This document shows, one piece after another, positions 20,000 through 29,081 of a stretch of 64,000 bases of DNA (positions within the stretch are counted from its first letter, which is position 1; each line of letters begins with the position of its first letter). This stretch comes from Lachnospiraceae bacterium (GTDB lineage Bacteria; Bacillota; Clostridia; Lachnospirales; Lachnospiraceae). A program made the position numbers and the translations under genes. The stretch lies in the NCBI GenBank assembly GCA_045578545.1, contig JAZNKK010000078.1, forward strand, positions 6,178 through 70,177, in the 5' to 3' direction. The notes under the pieces were generated by a model that saw nothing but the letters and a program-made list of their open reading frames with translations, had not been told where the DNA came from and did not search any database.

Positions 20000-21115
20000 A
20001 TGAAGAAAGTTGTTTTTCATATAAACAGTCTCGGGAAAGGCGGAGCAGAACGTGTAGTGACCACCTTGGCGAAAGAGTTTGCCGGGAAAAACATGGACGT
20101 GACGGTGGCAACGCAGTGGACTGCCGAAGATGAGTATGCTTTAGATGAAAGAGTAAACAGAGTTCATGTGGGATTAACCAAGGAAGAGGAAGCATTGTCC
20201 GGAAAAGAGAAGCGAAGAATCCGGAAAGAGAGACTTAGCAATTATTTGTGTGAAACGAAGCCGGATATTTTATATTCGTTTTGCAGAAATGCGAATTACC
20301 GTGCGGTGCTTTCGGCGAAAAAAGCCGATGTGCCGGTTGTGATTTCTGTTCGCAGTGATCCCAAGATTGATTATGCGTCCTTAAAGCAAAAGTGTATTAG
20401 TACTCTGCTTTATTCCGGATGCGCAGGAGCTGTTTTTCAAACAGAAGAAGCGCGGGACTTTTTTTCTAAAAAAATCCGGACAAATTCCAGAATTATTTTA
20501 AATCCCATTCATGAAAAATACTTAAATCAGGGGATTTGCGAAGAAAGAAGAAAGGCGATTGTGTCGGTGGGGCGCTTTCATGAAGCCAAGGATCAGATGC
20601 TTTTGATTAAGGCATTTGAGAAAATCATGGAGGATTATCCGCAGTACTGCGTGGAGTTTTACGGAGATGCCAGCGAAGATAATACCATTTATCAGGTGAA
20701 AGAATACATTAAATCTCATCGTTTGGAAGCGCGGATTCGTTTGATGGGGGGAAGCAATCAACTGGAAAAAGAGATTCGGGATGCTTCTATATTTGTGCTA
20801 TCGTCCAAATACGAAGGGATGCCCAATGCTTTGATGGAGGCAATGGCTTTGGGGCTTCCGGTGATTTCCACGGATTGTCCTTGTGGCGGCCCAAGGAGTC
20901 TGATTGAGGATGGCGAAAACGGACTGTTGGTACAGGTGGGTGATGAGGCGGAGATGGCTACGGCCATAAGGAAATATCTGGAGAATCCCCAAAAAGCAGA
21001 AGAACTTGGAAAAAAAGCTTCGCTGCTTGGTGAAAAGGCGTCTGCCGAAAAAATTGCAGAAGAGTGGATTGCCTACGGAGAAGAAATTTTGCAGCGCAGA
21101 AAATCGAAAAGATAA
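20000..21115 (+). CDS. GT4 glycosyltransferase (AmsD/PglH/PglJ-like)
   Basis: GGAERVV, SVGRF, LSSKYEGMPNALMEAMALG, TDCPCGG. The ATG at 20000 follows an AAGGA RBS. Confidence 0.88.
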   Translation: MKKVVFHINSLGKGGAERVVTTLAKEFAGKNMDVTVATQWTAEDEYALDERVNRVHVGLTKEEEALSGKEKRRIRKERLSNYLCETKPDILYSFCRNANYRAVLSAKKADVPVVISVRSDPKIDYASLKQKCISTLLYSGCAGAVFQTEEARDFFSKKIRTNSRIILNPIHEKYLNQGICEERRKAIVSVGRFHEAKDQMLLIKAFEKIMEDYPQYCVEFYGDASEDNTIYQVKEYIKSHRLEARIRLMGGSNQLEKEIRDASIFVLSSKYEGMPNALMEAMALGLPVISTDCPCGGPRSLIEDGENGLLVQVGDEAEMATAIRKYLENPQKAEELGKKASLLGEKASAEKIAEEWIAYGEEILQRRKSKR

Positions 21116-21130
21116 AGGCGGAGACAGAGT

Positions 21131-22282
21131 GTGAAGGAATTAAAAAAAATTGCCATCATCGGACCGGTATATCCGTATAAAGGGGGAATTTCTCACTATA
21201 CGGGACTTCTTAGCAAGACCCTTACCGGCTATGAAAAGGGCAAATACGAAGTAACTACAATTTCTTATAAAATGCAGTATCCGAAAATTATGTTCCGGAA
21301 GGAGCAAAGAGATTACGGCAACAAAACCTTTGAAATCAAAGATGCTTTATTCTGGATTAATACTGCGAACCCGTTTAACTGGATGGGAGTAAAAAGAAAA
21401 ATAAAGAAACTCAATCCGGATTTGCTGGTGGTACAGTGGTGGCACCCTTATTTTGCACCCTGCTATCAGTGGTTGTTGTCGGGGAAAAGGGAGAGAAAGA
21501 TTCTTTTTGTGTGTCACAATGTTCTTCCCCATGAACGGTTTCCTATGGATCGTTTTCTAACGAAGGGAACGTTGAAAAAAGGAGATATGTGTATTGTTCA
21601 TTCCAAAGAAGACGAAAAGGATTTGATGGAATTGTTGCCGAGGATGAATTATGAACGTGGTGTGTTACCCACATACCAGGCCTTTCGTCTTCGAAATCTT
21701 TCCAGAGAAAAAGCGCGGGAAGAACTGGGAATATTGCCCACAGAAAAAATGTTGCTGTTTTTTGGCTTGGTGCGAAAATATAAGGGATTAAAGTATCTCA
21801 TTGAAGCTATGCCGGACATTGTAAAGAAGCATCCGGATACGAAGCTGTATATTGTAGGAGACTTTGGTTCCTCCAAGGAAGAATACATGGAACTGATTAA
21901 AGCAAGCGGCGTGGAAGCACATTTTGTGATTCGGGACGGTTATGTGCCGGACAAAGAGGTGGAACCCTATTTTGCTGCGGCTGATTTGAATATATGTCCT
22001 TACGAATCGGCAACGCAGAGTGCCATTGTACAGGTGGCATTCGGCTTTGATGTTCCGGTGATTGTGACTAACGTTGGCGGATTGCCGGAAGCGGTGTCGG
22101 ACGGAAAGACCGGGTATGTGGTAGAACCAATGAACCCGAAAGCATTGGCGGAAGGTGTCAATCGCTATTTTTCGGAAGGAAAACAGGATGAATTTAAGAA
22201 AAATGTGGAAGCGGAAAAAGAAAGATTTTCTTGGGACCGTACAGTGGAGATGATAGAACGTTTATGGGAAAAGAGTATGTAA
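21131..22282 (+). CDS. GT4 glycosyltransferase
   Basis: GPVYPYKGGISHY, QWWHPYF, HNVLPHE, FFGLVRKYKG, PYESATQSA, NVGGLPE. Confidence 0.88.
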   Translation: MKELKKIAIIGPVYPYKGGISHYTGLLSKTLTGYEKGKYEVTTISYKMQYPKIMFRKEQRDYGNKTFEIKDALFWINTANPFNWMGVKRKIKKLNPDLLVVQWWHPYFAPCYQWLLSGKRERKILFVCHNVLPHERFPMDRFLTKGTLKKGDMCIVHSKEDEKDLMELLPRMNYERGVLPTYQAFRLRNLSREKAREELGILPTEKMLLFFGLVRKYKGLKYLIEAMPDIVKKHPDTKLYIVGDFGSSKEEYMELIKASGVEAHFVIRDGYVPDKEVEPYFAAADLNICPYESATQSAIVQVAFGFDVPVIVTNVGGLPEAVSDGKTGYVVEPMNPKALAEGVNRYFSEGKQDEFKKNVEAEKERFSWDRTVEMIERLWEKSM

Positions 22283-23073
22283 CGGTTGTTCCGATTTATA
22301 AAGAAATATTGTCCCCGGATGAAACCGGTTGTGTGAAACGATACGAAGAAATTTTGACAGATTGTGATTTGGTTTTTATTGCACCAGAAGATATGAAGCT
22401 GGATTGGTATCAAAAGCATTTTCCCAAATTTCAATACCGACTCTTTGCACCAAAGTATTTTAAAGGCCCCAAAACATATAATAAATTAATGCTGAATGTC
22501 AAATTTTACGAAAGCTTTGGGGAGTATGACTATCTGTTGATTGCTCAGACGGATGCGGTGATATGGCAGGATGAAAATCGTATTCGGGAATTTATGGAGA
22601 CCGGATATGATTATATTGGTGCTCCTTGGATACCGGAACGAAGAATTTGGGAGTGGACATTTCCTAAAATTCAGAAATTTCCGGGATTTGCGATTCGTTG
22701 TTGCAAGAAAAAGGGACAGGGAATTGTGATGGGGAACGGAGGTTTTTGTCTTCGCAATATACCAAAGACAATTTCCTTGATTCAGGAATTTTCCTGGAGA
22801 AAAAGTTATTGGTTTTGGAAACGAAACGAAGATATTTTTTTCGGAGTGTTCGGAAGAGAAAATCAGTGCGGTTATCGGTTGGCGGATGTGAATACCGGTA
22901 AGGCCTTTGCCAGAGAATATGGGTTACGGGAATGTGTGAAAGAAAAAAACATCCCCTTTGCGGTACACGGTTGGCAAAAAGAATTTTCTGATTTTGAAGA
23001 AATGGTAGGCTTTTTGCAAGAACATGGTTATTTTGGAGGCGGGAATGAAGGAAAAGAAAAATCCCTTAATTAG
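22264..23073 (+). CDS. DUF5672 family protein (putative GT-A-fold enzyme)
   Basis: VVPIYK, YNKLML, LIAQTDA, YDYIGAPW, GNGGFCLR, NEDIFF, PFAVHGW. Confidence 0.72.
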   Translation: MGKEYVTVVPIYKEILSPDETGCVKRYEEILTDCDLVFIAPEDMKLDWYQKHFPKFQYRLFAPKYFKGPKTYNKLMLNVKFYESFGEYDYLLIAQTDAVIWQDENRIREFMETGYDYIGAPWIPERRIWEWTFPKIQKFPGFAIRCCKKKGQGIVMGNGGFCLRNIPKTISLIQEFSWRKSYWFWKRNEDIFFGVFGRENQCGYRLADVNTGKAFAREYGLRECVKEKNIPFAVHGWQKEFSDFEEMVGFLQEHGYFGGGNEGKEKSLN

Positions 23074-24118
23074 TGTGGTGGTTCCGGTGTATAATGCGGA
23101 AAATTATCTGGACGGATGTATTCAAAGCATCATGGAACAAAGCTATGAAAATTGGGAATTGCTTCTGGTGGATGACGGTTCCTTGGATCAATCCGGAGTG
23201 ATCTGCGATACCTGGGCACAGGAAGATAAAAGAATTACTGTGCTTCATGAAAAAAACGGAGGCGCAGCCTTTGCGCGAAACCAAGGGGTGAAAGCGGCAA
23301 AAGGAGAATATATTGCCTTTGTTGACAGCGATGATTTGATGGAAAAAAATTATTTGGACTATTTGATTTCCATGGCACTTCAATATGGTGCACAAATTGC
23401 GGTGTGCGGTTACCGTAAGGTATTCCCGGAAAATTCCAAACGCGATTTTTTTGAAACCAAATTGCCTTGGAAGTTGCCTAATTTTTATCCCAAAGAAACG
23501 AGAAAAAAGAAAGTCCGACAACCGATGGAAGAGAAAATGGCATTTTCCGGCGAAGAAGCCATGCAACAGCTCTTGTACCAAAATTATTTTATGAGTGTTC
23601 CCTGGGGAATGATTTCTGAAAAAAACTTGTGGAGAGAAGTTGCGTTTCCGGAAGGAACCAAGGCAGAGGATATGGGAACCATCTATAAATTATTTTCCAA
23701 AGCGGGAAAAGTAGTTTATGGTTCCAAACCGCTTTATCAGTATTTTCAGCGGGCGGACAATACTATGTTTTCTACCAGTAGGGAGCGAAACAAGGATTAC
23801 TACAAACATTCCAGAGAAATGGTTTCCTATGTAAAAAAGAATTATCCGCAGTGTTTGTTGGCGGCAAGGAGTCGTCATTTTTCTGCTTGCTTCCAGATAT
23901 TGTCGGAGACACCAAAGAATAAAAAATACCAAGGGTTTTATCAAAAAATATATGAAGATATCCGAAAAATGCAAAATCATGTTTTGAGGGATAAAAAAGC
24001 AAAAATAAGGAACCGGGGAGCGGCGTTGCTTTCTCTTGTCAGCATTGACTTACTGCATGTATTGCTGCGTGGATATTACGGAATCATAAAATTAAAGGTG
24101 AGTGGAAAATCGGAATGA
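23045..24118 (+). CDS. GT2 glycosyltransferase
   Basis: SVVVPVYN, VDDGSLD, ARNQG, FVDSDD, FPEG...ED. Confidence 0.88.
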   Translation: MKEKKNPLISVVVPVYNAENYLDGCIQSIMEQSYENWELLLVDDGSLDQSGVICDTWAQEDKRITVLHEKNGGAAFARNQGVKAAKGEYIAFVDSDDLMEKNYLDYLISMALQYGAQIAVCGYRKVFPENSKRDFFETKLPWKLPNFYPKETRKKKVRQPMEEKMAFSGEEAMQQLLYQNYFMSVPWGMISEKNLWREVAFPEGTKAEDMGTIYKLFSKAGKVVYGSKPLYQYFQRADNTMFSTSRERNKDYYKHSREMVSYVKKNYPQCLLAARSRHFSACFQILSETPKNKKYQGFYQKIYEDIRKMQNHVLRDKKAKIRNRGAALLSLVSIDLLHVLLRGYYGIIKLKVSGKSE

Positions 24119-25185
24119 AAAAAATTGCGATGGTAGAGTACCAGGGACGGTGCGATGAAGAACAAAAAGCCGTAGGGCATGGCCCGAAAGTCTTAGAGGA
24201 ATATTACGATTTTATCTGTAATGAGAATGAAGTGACGGTGTATGCACCGAAGGTGTTTTTGAAGGATGTTGCCAAAAGAGTGGCCAAGGGAGCCAAAATT
24301 CTTCCGGAGCATATTGTGATGAAAGGCCATAATACCTTTTTGGAAAAAATCCGCAATAAAATCCGGATGTTTCAAAATATCCGCGTGGCACTGAAAAATG
24401 CAGATGCGGATATTGTATGGTTTTTTAACGTGGAGTATTACCTGATGTTGTATCTGGCATTTTGTAAAAAATCAAAACAGAAAGTGGTGTGTACGCTTTT
24501 TTTGGATGGCTATCATAATGGCACGGTAGGAAAAATAAAACAATGGATTTTTGAAAAAGCCCAAAAGAAAATTACACTCATTATCTCCACGGGGCAAAAT
24601 TTTACATTTAAAAATTGTGCGTATCGTTTTGTTCCCGATTATGTCTATCGAAAAGAATTTTATGAATCCTATCAAACCGATAAAAAACAGGAGCGGGCAG
24701 TATGCCTTGGAACCATGGGAACGGGGAAAGAACTGGAAGAAATGGTGGAAGCCTTTACCCGCATTGGTTATCCCTTGACGGTGGCAGGACGTTTTTATGA
24801 GAAGGAACGTTTTGAAAAGCTACGCTGTATGGCAGGAGAAAATGTGCTTTTGGTGGATGATTATTTGACGAAAGAGGAATATTTTCAGATGTTGGCAGAG
24901 GCAAAATATGTGGTGCTCCCCTATTCGCCTTCGCAGTATGCCGTGCAAACCTCCGGGGTTTTGCAGGAAGGACTTTTTCTTGGAACCATACCGGTGACAT
25001 ACGAAGGGGTATTGCAAGGCAACAATGCTCGGGGAATCGGTTTTGCTTCTTGGGAAAATTTGAGTAAAGAAGTGCTTTCTCAAAACACAGAGGATATCAG
25101 GAAACAAATGAAGCACCTGGTGAAAGAAGTGTATGAGGAAACAAAGGTAAAACAAAGTTATTTGGATATTTTTGAAAAATGTTAG
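24115..25185 (+). CDS. Divergent GT-B-fold (GT4-like) glycosyltransferase
   Basis: The C-terminal CLGTM...KEL and VVLPY...TSGVLQE resemble a GT4 nucleotide-binding domain. The N-terminus is atypical. Confidence 0.6.
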   Translation: MKKIAMVEYQGRCDEEQKAVGHGPKVLEEYYDFICNENEVTVYAPKVFLKDVAKRVAKGAKILPEHIVMKGHNTFLEKIRNKIRMFQNIRVALKNADADIVWFFNVEYYLMLYLAFCKKSKQKVVCTLFLDGYHNGTVGKIKQWIFEKAQKKITLIISTGQNFTFKNCAYRFVPDYVYRKEFYESYQTDKKQERAVCLGTMGTGKELEEMVEAFTRIGYPLTVAGRFYEKERFEKLRCMAGENVLLVDDYLTKEEYFQMLAEAKYVVLPYSPSQYAVQTSGVLQEGLFLGTIPVTYEGVLQGNNARGIGFASWENLSKEVLSQNTEDIRKQMKHLVKEVYEETKVKQSYLDIFEKC

Positions 25186-25194
25186 GTAAAAATG

Positions 25195-25228
25195 AACCTT
25201 CCGAGAGAAAAGCTTTCGGAAGGTTTTT
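25195..25228. terminator. Intrinsic, probably bidirectional terminator between convergent genes
   Basis: Perfect 10-bp stem AACCTTCCGA (25195-25204) / TCGGAAGGTT (25216-25225), running into a T tract with an A-rich flank upstream. Confidence 0.8.
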
Positions 25229-25237
25229 GATTTGCTA

Positions 25238-25795
25238 TTATACTTTTCGATTGATGTAATCCTTGGTTGCTTCCAGGCAGGGGTGAATGACTGCCGGATT
25301 CCCGATTACAATGGAATGGGAAGGAACATCGGTATTGACATAAGCGCCGGGGGCAATTAAAACATCGTCGCCGATTTTGATTTTTCCGACGATGACGGCA
25401 TTGGTGCCGATCCAGACTTCGTTTCCGATGGTGGGAGTGCCTTTTTTGGCTCCGCGGTTGCATTGCCCTATAGTGATGCCGGTGCCAAGGTTAATGTTTT
25501 TTCCCATTACAACGTCCGGATGAATAATAATGCGACCAAGATGTCCCAGATACAGACCGGGGCCGATGGTGGCTTCGGAAGGAATTTGAATCTGTGTTTT
25601 TTTCGCTTCCTGCATCAGGCGATAGCCATAGACTTTGGATAGAAATTTATTGTTGCTACGATAAAAAGAGGCTTTTCGCCACAAAAGGAGTACCTGTACT
25701 TCTTTGGGCAGAAAGAACCGGTCCTTTAAAGTAAGGGGATGGTCATAGATTCGGGATAAATCCTGCGCCAGCAATTCTTTGAGTTCTTTTTTCAA
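25238..25795 (-). CDS. Serine-acetyltransferase-like (left-handed beta-helix) polysaccharide O-acetyltransferase
   Basis: IGPGLYLGHLG, ITIGQCNRG, PTIGNEVWIG, DVPSHSIVIGNPA hexapeptide repeats. TTG start with a GGAAGGA RBS. Confidence 0.85.
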   Translation of the reverse strand: MKKELKELLAQDLSRIYDHPLTLKDRFFLPKEVQVLLLWRKASFYRSNNKFLSKVYGYRLMQEAKKTQIQIPSEATIGPGLYLGHLGRIIIHPDVVMGKNINLGTGITIGQCNRGAKKGTPTIGNEVWIGTNAVIVGKIKIGDDVLIAPGAYVNTDVPSHSIVIGNPAVIHPCLEATKDYINRKV

Positions 25796-25872
25796 ATCGA
25801 ACGTCCTTCCTAATTCCGGGTGGAATTTCTTTTATAATCTGTTTTTTATAAGGGAAAAATAATTTTAGGGAA

Positions 25873-25883
25873 ATTATAGCACA
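25873..25883 (-). promoter_or_regulatory. Extended -10 sigma-A promoter for the acetyltransferase
   Basis: The minus strand reads TGTGCTATAAT (TRTG plus a consensus TATAAT), about 80 bp upstream of the TTG start. Confidence 0.65.
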
Positions 25884-25929
25884 TGCCTTAAGGAATGAAA
25901 AGAAATAGTTGTACCAAAAGTAGAGAGAA

Positions 25930-25940
25930 TATGATATACT
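25930..25940 (+). promoter_or_regulatory. Extended -10 sigma-A promoter for the asnB-led operon
   Basis: TATGATATACT (TRTG-n-TATACT) about 70 bp upstream of the ATG at 26009, back to back with the minus-strand promoter. Confidence 0.6.
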
Positions 25941-26008
25941 GAATTAGATTGGGTAATTATGCCCAAAGGTAAAAAATACCAAAATTTTGGCTGGAGAGGG
26001 AAAACGAA

Positions 26009-27874
26009 ATGTGTGGCATTACAGGCTTCGTTTCAAGAAACGCAGACCGGGAAAAAATCATTCGAAAAATGAATCAAAAGATTGTACATCGAGGTCCGGA
26101 TGCGGAAGGAATCTGGCTGGATCATGAGACACCGGTTACTTTGGGTCACCGGAGGTTATCCATTATTGATTTATCGGAAAACGGTGCCCAGCCGATGGCA
26201 TCTTTTTCGGGGCGTTACCGGATGGTGTTTAATGGAGAAATTTATAATGCACCGATGCTTCGAAAGGAACTGCAAAAAGAACATCCGGAGGTGACTTTTC
26301 GCGGAAATTCCGATACGGAAGTGCTTTTGACGGCATTTGAAATTTGGGGAATCGATTCTACTTTGGAATGCATCAAGGGTATGTTTGCGATTGCTTTGTA
26401 CGATACCAGAGAAAGAGTTCTTACTCTCATGCGGGACCGGGTGGGCGAAAAGCCTTTGTTTTACGGATTTTACGAAAGCGGTTTTGCCTTTGCTTCGGAG
26501 CTTACTGCGCTAAGGGAATTCCCCGGGTTTTGTACCAAAATAAACGATACGGCGGTAGCAGAGTATATCCGATACGGTTATGTGCCGGCACCGGAAACCA
26601 TTTATGAAAGAACCTTAAAGCTGATGCCCGGTTGTAAGCTTTCGTTACCGTATCCGTTTGAAAAGGCAGAAATCAAGGAGTACTGGTCGCTGGAAGAAGT
26701 GGCAAAGAAAGGACAGGAACAATCCTACTTAGGTTCTTACGAAGAAGCCAAGGAAGAACTGGAAAAACTTCTTTTGGATGCCGTGAAAGGGCAGATGATG
26801 GCGGATGTGCCTTTGGGAGCTTATTTGTCCGGCGGAATTGACAGTGCCACGATAGTAGCACTGATGCAAAGTTTAAGTAAGGACAAGGTGAAAACATTTA
26901 CCATTGGTTTTTATGATAAAAGTTATAATGAGGCAGAGTATGCAAGAGAGATTGCAAAGCACCTTGGAACGGAGCACACGGAGCTTTACGTAGGGGAAAA
27001 GGAATGCAAAGATGTGATACCGCTGATTCCCGGAATTTACGGAGAGCCTTTTGCGGATTCTTCCCAAATCCCCACCTATCTGGTAAGCCGGCTGGCAAAG
27101 AGTAAGGTTACGGTGTCTCTTAGCGGAGATGCAGGCGATGAGCTTTTTTGCGGATATATGACGTATCATAAGTTGAAACAGGTATGGGATAAGGCAAAGA
27201 AAGCACCTCTTGGAATTCGAAAACCCCTTGGCCGTCTGGGGAGCGGTGTGAATTTGAATAACAAATTATATCGGGGAAGTCTTTGCCTGCAAAGTAAAAA
27301 TATTTTACAAATGAAGGAAGCATTGGGGCATACCAGCATCCTTACGGACCGGTTGGCACCCGGCAAGCGAAAGGATATCAGTGAAATCCTTTTGCCGGAG
27401 GATTGCACTTCCATGATGCTCGATGATATGTTGCATTATCATCCGGATGACATTTTGGTAAAAGTGGATCGCGCCGGAATGGCAGTTTCGCTGGAAAACA
27501 GAATTCCCATGCTGGATAAAGATGTGGTGGAATTTGCGTTTGGACTTCCTTTGGAATATAAATACGATGGGAAGAACACCAAAAGAATTTTAAAGGATAT
27601 TCTGTATGGCTATGTTCCCAAAGAAATGATGGACAGACCCAAGAAGGGATTTTCTGTCCCCCTCACGAAATGGCTTACCCAGGGAGATACCGCAGATTGG
27701 GCGGGGGAACTTATGCTTCACAGCAAGGCCGGAGAAGACGGCATTTTGAATCGTGATGCGGTGCTGCAGTTATGGCAAGGATTTTTGAGAGGAAAAGAAC
27801 CTTCCAGACTGGTGTGGAATGTGCTGATGTTGGAACAGTGGTACCGGGAAAACAACATAAAATGCAATAAATAG
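26009..27874 (+). CDS. asnB: Asparagine synthase-like glutamine amidotransferase (probable sugar-carboxylate amidation, WbpS-like)
   Basis: MCGI N-terminal Cys, HRGPD, HRRLSIIDL, FNGEIYN, LSGGIDS, SGDAGDELFCGY, RPKKGF. Confidence 0.92.
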   Translation: MCGITGFVSRNADREKIIRKMNQKIVHRGPDAEGIWLDHETPVTLGHRRLSIIDLSENGAQPMASFSGRYRMVFNGEIYNAPMLRKELQKEHPEVTFRGNSDTEVLLTAFEIWGIDSTLECIKGMFAIALYDTRERVLTLMRDRVGEKPLFYGFYESGFAFASELTALREFPGFCTKINDTAVAEYIRYGYVPAPETIYERTLKLMPGCKLSLPYPFEKAEIKEYWSLEEVAKKGQEQSYLGSYEEAKEELEKLLLDAVKGQMMADVPLGAYLSGGIDSATIVALMQSLSKDKVKTFTIGFYDKSYNEAEYAREIAKHLGTEHTELYVGEKECKDVIPLIPGIYGEPFADSSQIPTYLVSRLAKSKVTVSLSGDAGDELFCGYMTYHKLKQVWDKAKKAPLGIRKPLGRLGSGVNLNNKLYRGSLCLQSKNILQMKEALGHTSILTDRLAPGKRKDISEILLPEDCTSMMLDDMLHYHPDDILVKVDRAGMAVSLENRIPMLDKDVVEFAFGLPLEYKYDGKNTKRILKDILYGYVPKEMMDRPKKGFSVPLTKWLTQGDTADWAGELMLHSKAGEDGILNRDAVLQLWQGFLRGKEPSRLVWNVLMLEQWYRENNIKCNK

Positions 27875-27891
27875 AAAGGTTATTTCATTAG

Positions 27892-29061
27892 ATGAAGAAG
27901 AGAGTCTTACTGATTTCGGATACAATCGTAATGCCCTTAGAGCGAGGGAATCGAAAGCGGGTTTACAATCTGATACAGATGTTGAAAGAAAATGATTGTG
28001 AAGTTGATTTTCTGTTTTTGGCGACTTATCCGGAGGAAGACCCTGCGGCCACGGAAGAACTGGTAGGGAAGGAACATTTTATCCGGTTTGAAAATAAAAA
28101 GAGAACCCCCAAGGTTTTTTGGAAAAGAAAAGTAAGGAAAGTGTTGGAACTGCTTCACATCCCCGGTTTGTTTAAATATTTTTCCATTGATGAAAAAATT
28201 AGTCCCGAAATCGGTCCCTTTATGGAAAAACTGATGAAGGAAAGACATTACGATATTGTGTGGGCAGAATACATCTATACGTCTTTAGCGCTTTGTTATG
28301 TGCCGGATACAACCATTAAAGTAATCGATACCGTGAATGCGTTTACTTTCAAAAGACAGATGTATGAAGCGGTAGGATATAAAAACTATGAATTTGCTTT
28401 GACGAAGAAGGAAGAGGCGAAGGGATTGGTCAGAGCCGACTGGGTTGTGGCAATTCAGGAGGAAGAAGAAGCATTCTTTCGCAGTATCCTGCCTGAAAAT
28501 GCAAAGGTGTGCACCATTGGCGAGAATATGCCGGTATCAGAGCCTTATGTGACCAACAACAAAAATATATTGTTTTTGGGAAGCTATTACGTAGTGAATC
28601 GAGAAGGGGTCAGACATTTTATTCGTAACGTATTACCTTTGGTAAAGGAAAAAGAACCGGATTGCCGGTTCCGCCTGGCCGGTTCGATTTGTAATCACAT
28701 TCCGGATAGTGAGGATTATGAAAAATTAGGATATGTGGAGAATGTAGATGATACGTACCGGGAGGCAAGACTTGTAATCAATCCCGTACACGTGGGCACC
28801 GGTCTCAATATCAAGACGATTGAGGCAGTAAGTAAGGCAAAACCGTTGGTTTCCTACGAAGTGGGTGTGCGAGGTCTGACCACGGATCAGCCGTTTGCAA
28901 TTGTGGCAAAAACGGAGGAAGAATATGCGGATGCCATTGTAAAACTGTTACGAGAAGAGGATACCGCGATGAAATTGTCGCAAAATGCAGTGAATTTTAT
29001 GAAGGAATACAAAGAGAAAAACACCGCATCTTTGCTGGCAATCCTGAATGATAAAAAATAA
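27892..29061 (+). CDS. GT4-like glycosyltransferase
   Basis: GNRKRV, LFLGS...NREG, INPVHVGTGLNIKTIEA, GVRG. Confidence 0.8.
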   Translation: MKKRVLLISDTIVMPLERGNRKRVYNLIQMLKENDCEVDFLFLATYPEEDPAATEELVGKEHFIRFENKKRTPKVFWKRKVRKVLELLHIPGLFKYFSIDEKISPEIGPFMEKLMKERHYDIVWAEYIYTSLALCYVPDTTIKVIDTVNAFTFKRQMYEAVGYKNYEFALTKKEEAKGLVRADWVVAIQEEEEAFFRSILPENAKVCTIGENMPVSEPYVTNNKNILFLGSYYVVNREGVRHFIRNVLPLVKEKEPDCRFRLAGSICNHIPDSEDYEKLGYVENVDDTYREARLVINPVHVGTGLNIKTIEAVSKAKPLVSYEVGVRGLTTDQPFAIVAKTEEEYADAIVKLLREEDTAMKLSQNAVNFMKEYKEKNTASLLAILNDKK

Positions 29062-29081
29062 AAGGCAGAGAGAAAACATAA

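Noticed and set aside
25182-25463. 93-aa Arg/His-rich ORF on the + strand
   Set aside because: It is antisense to the acetyltransferase and crosses the terminator.
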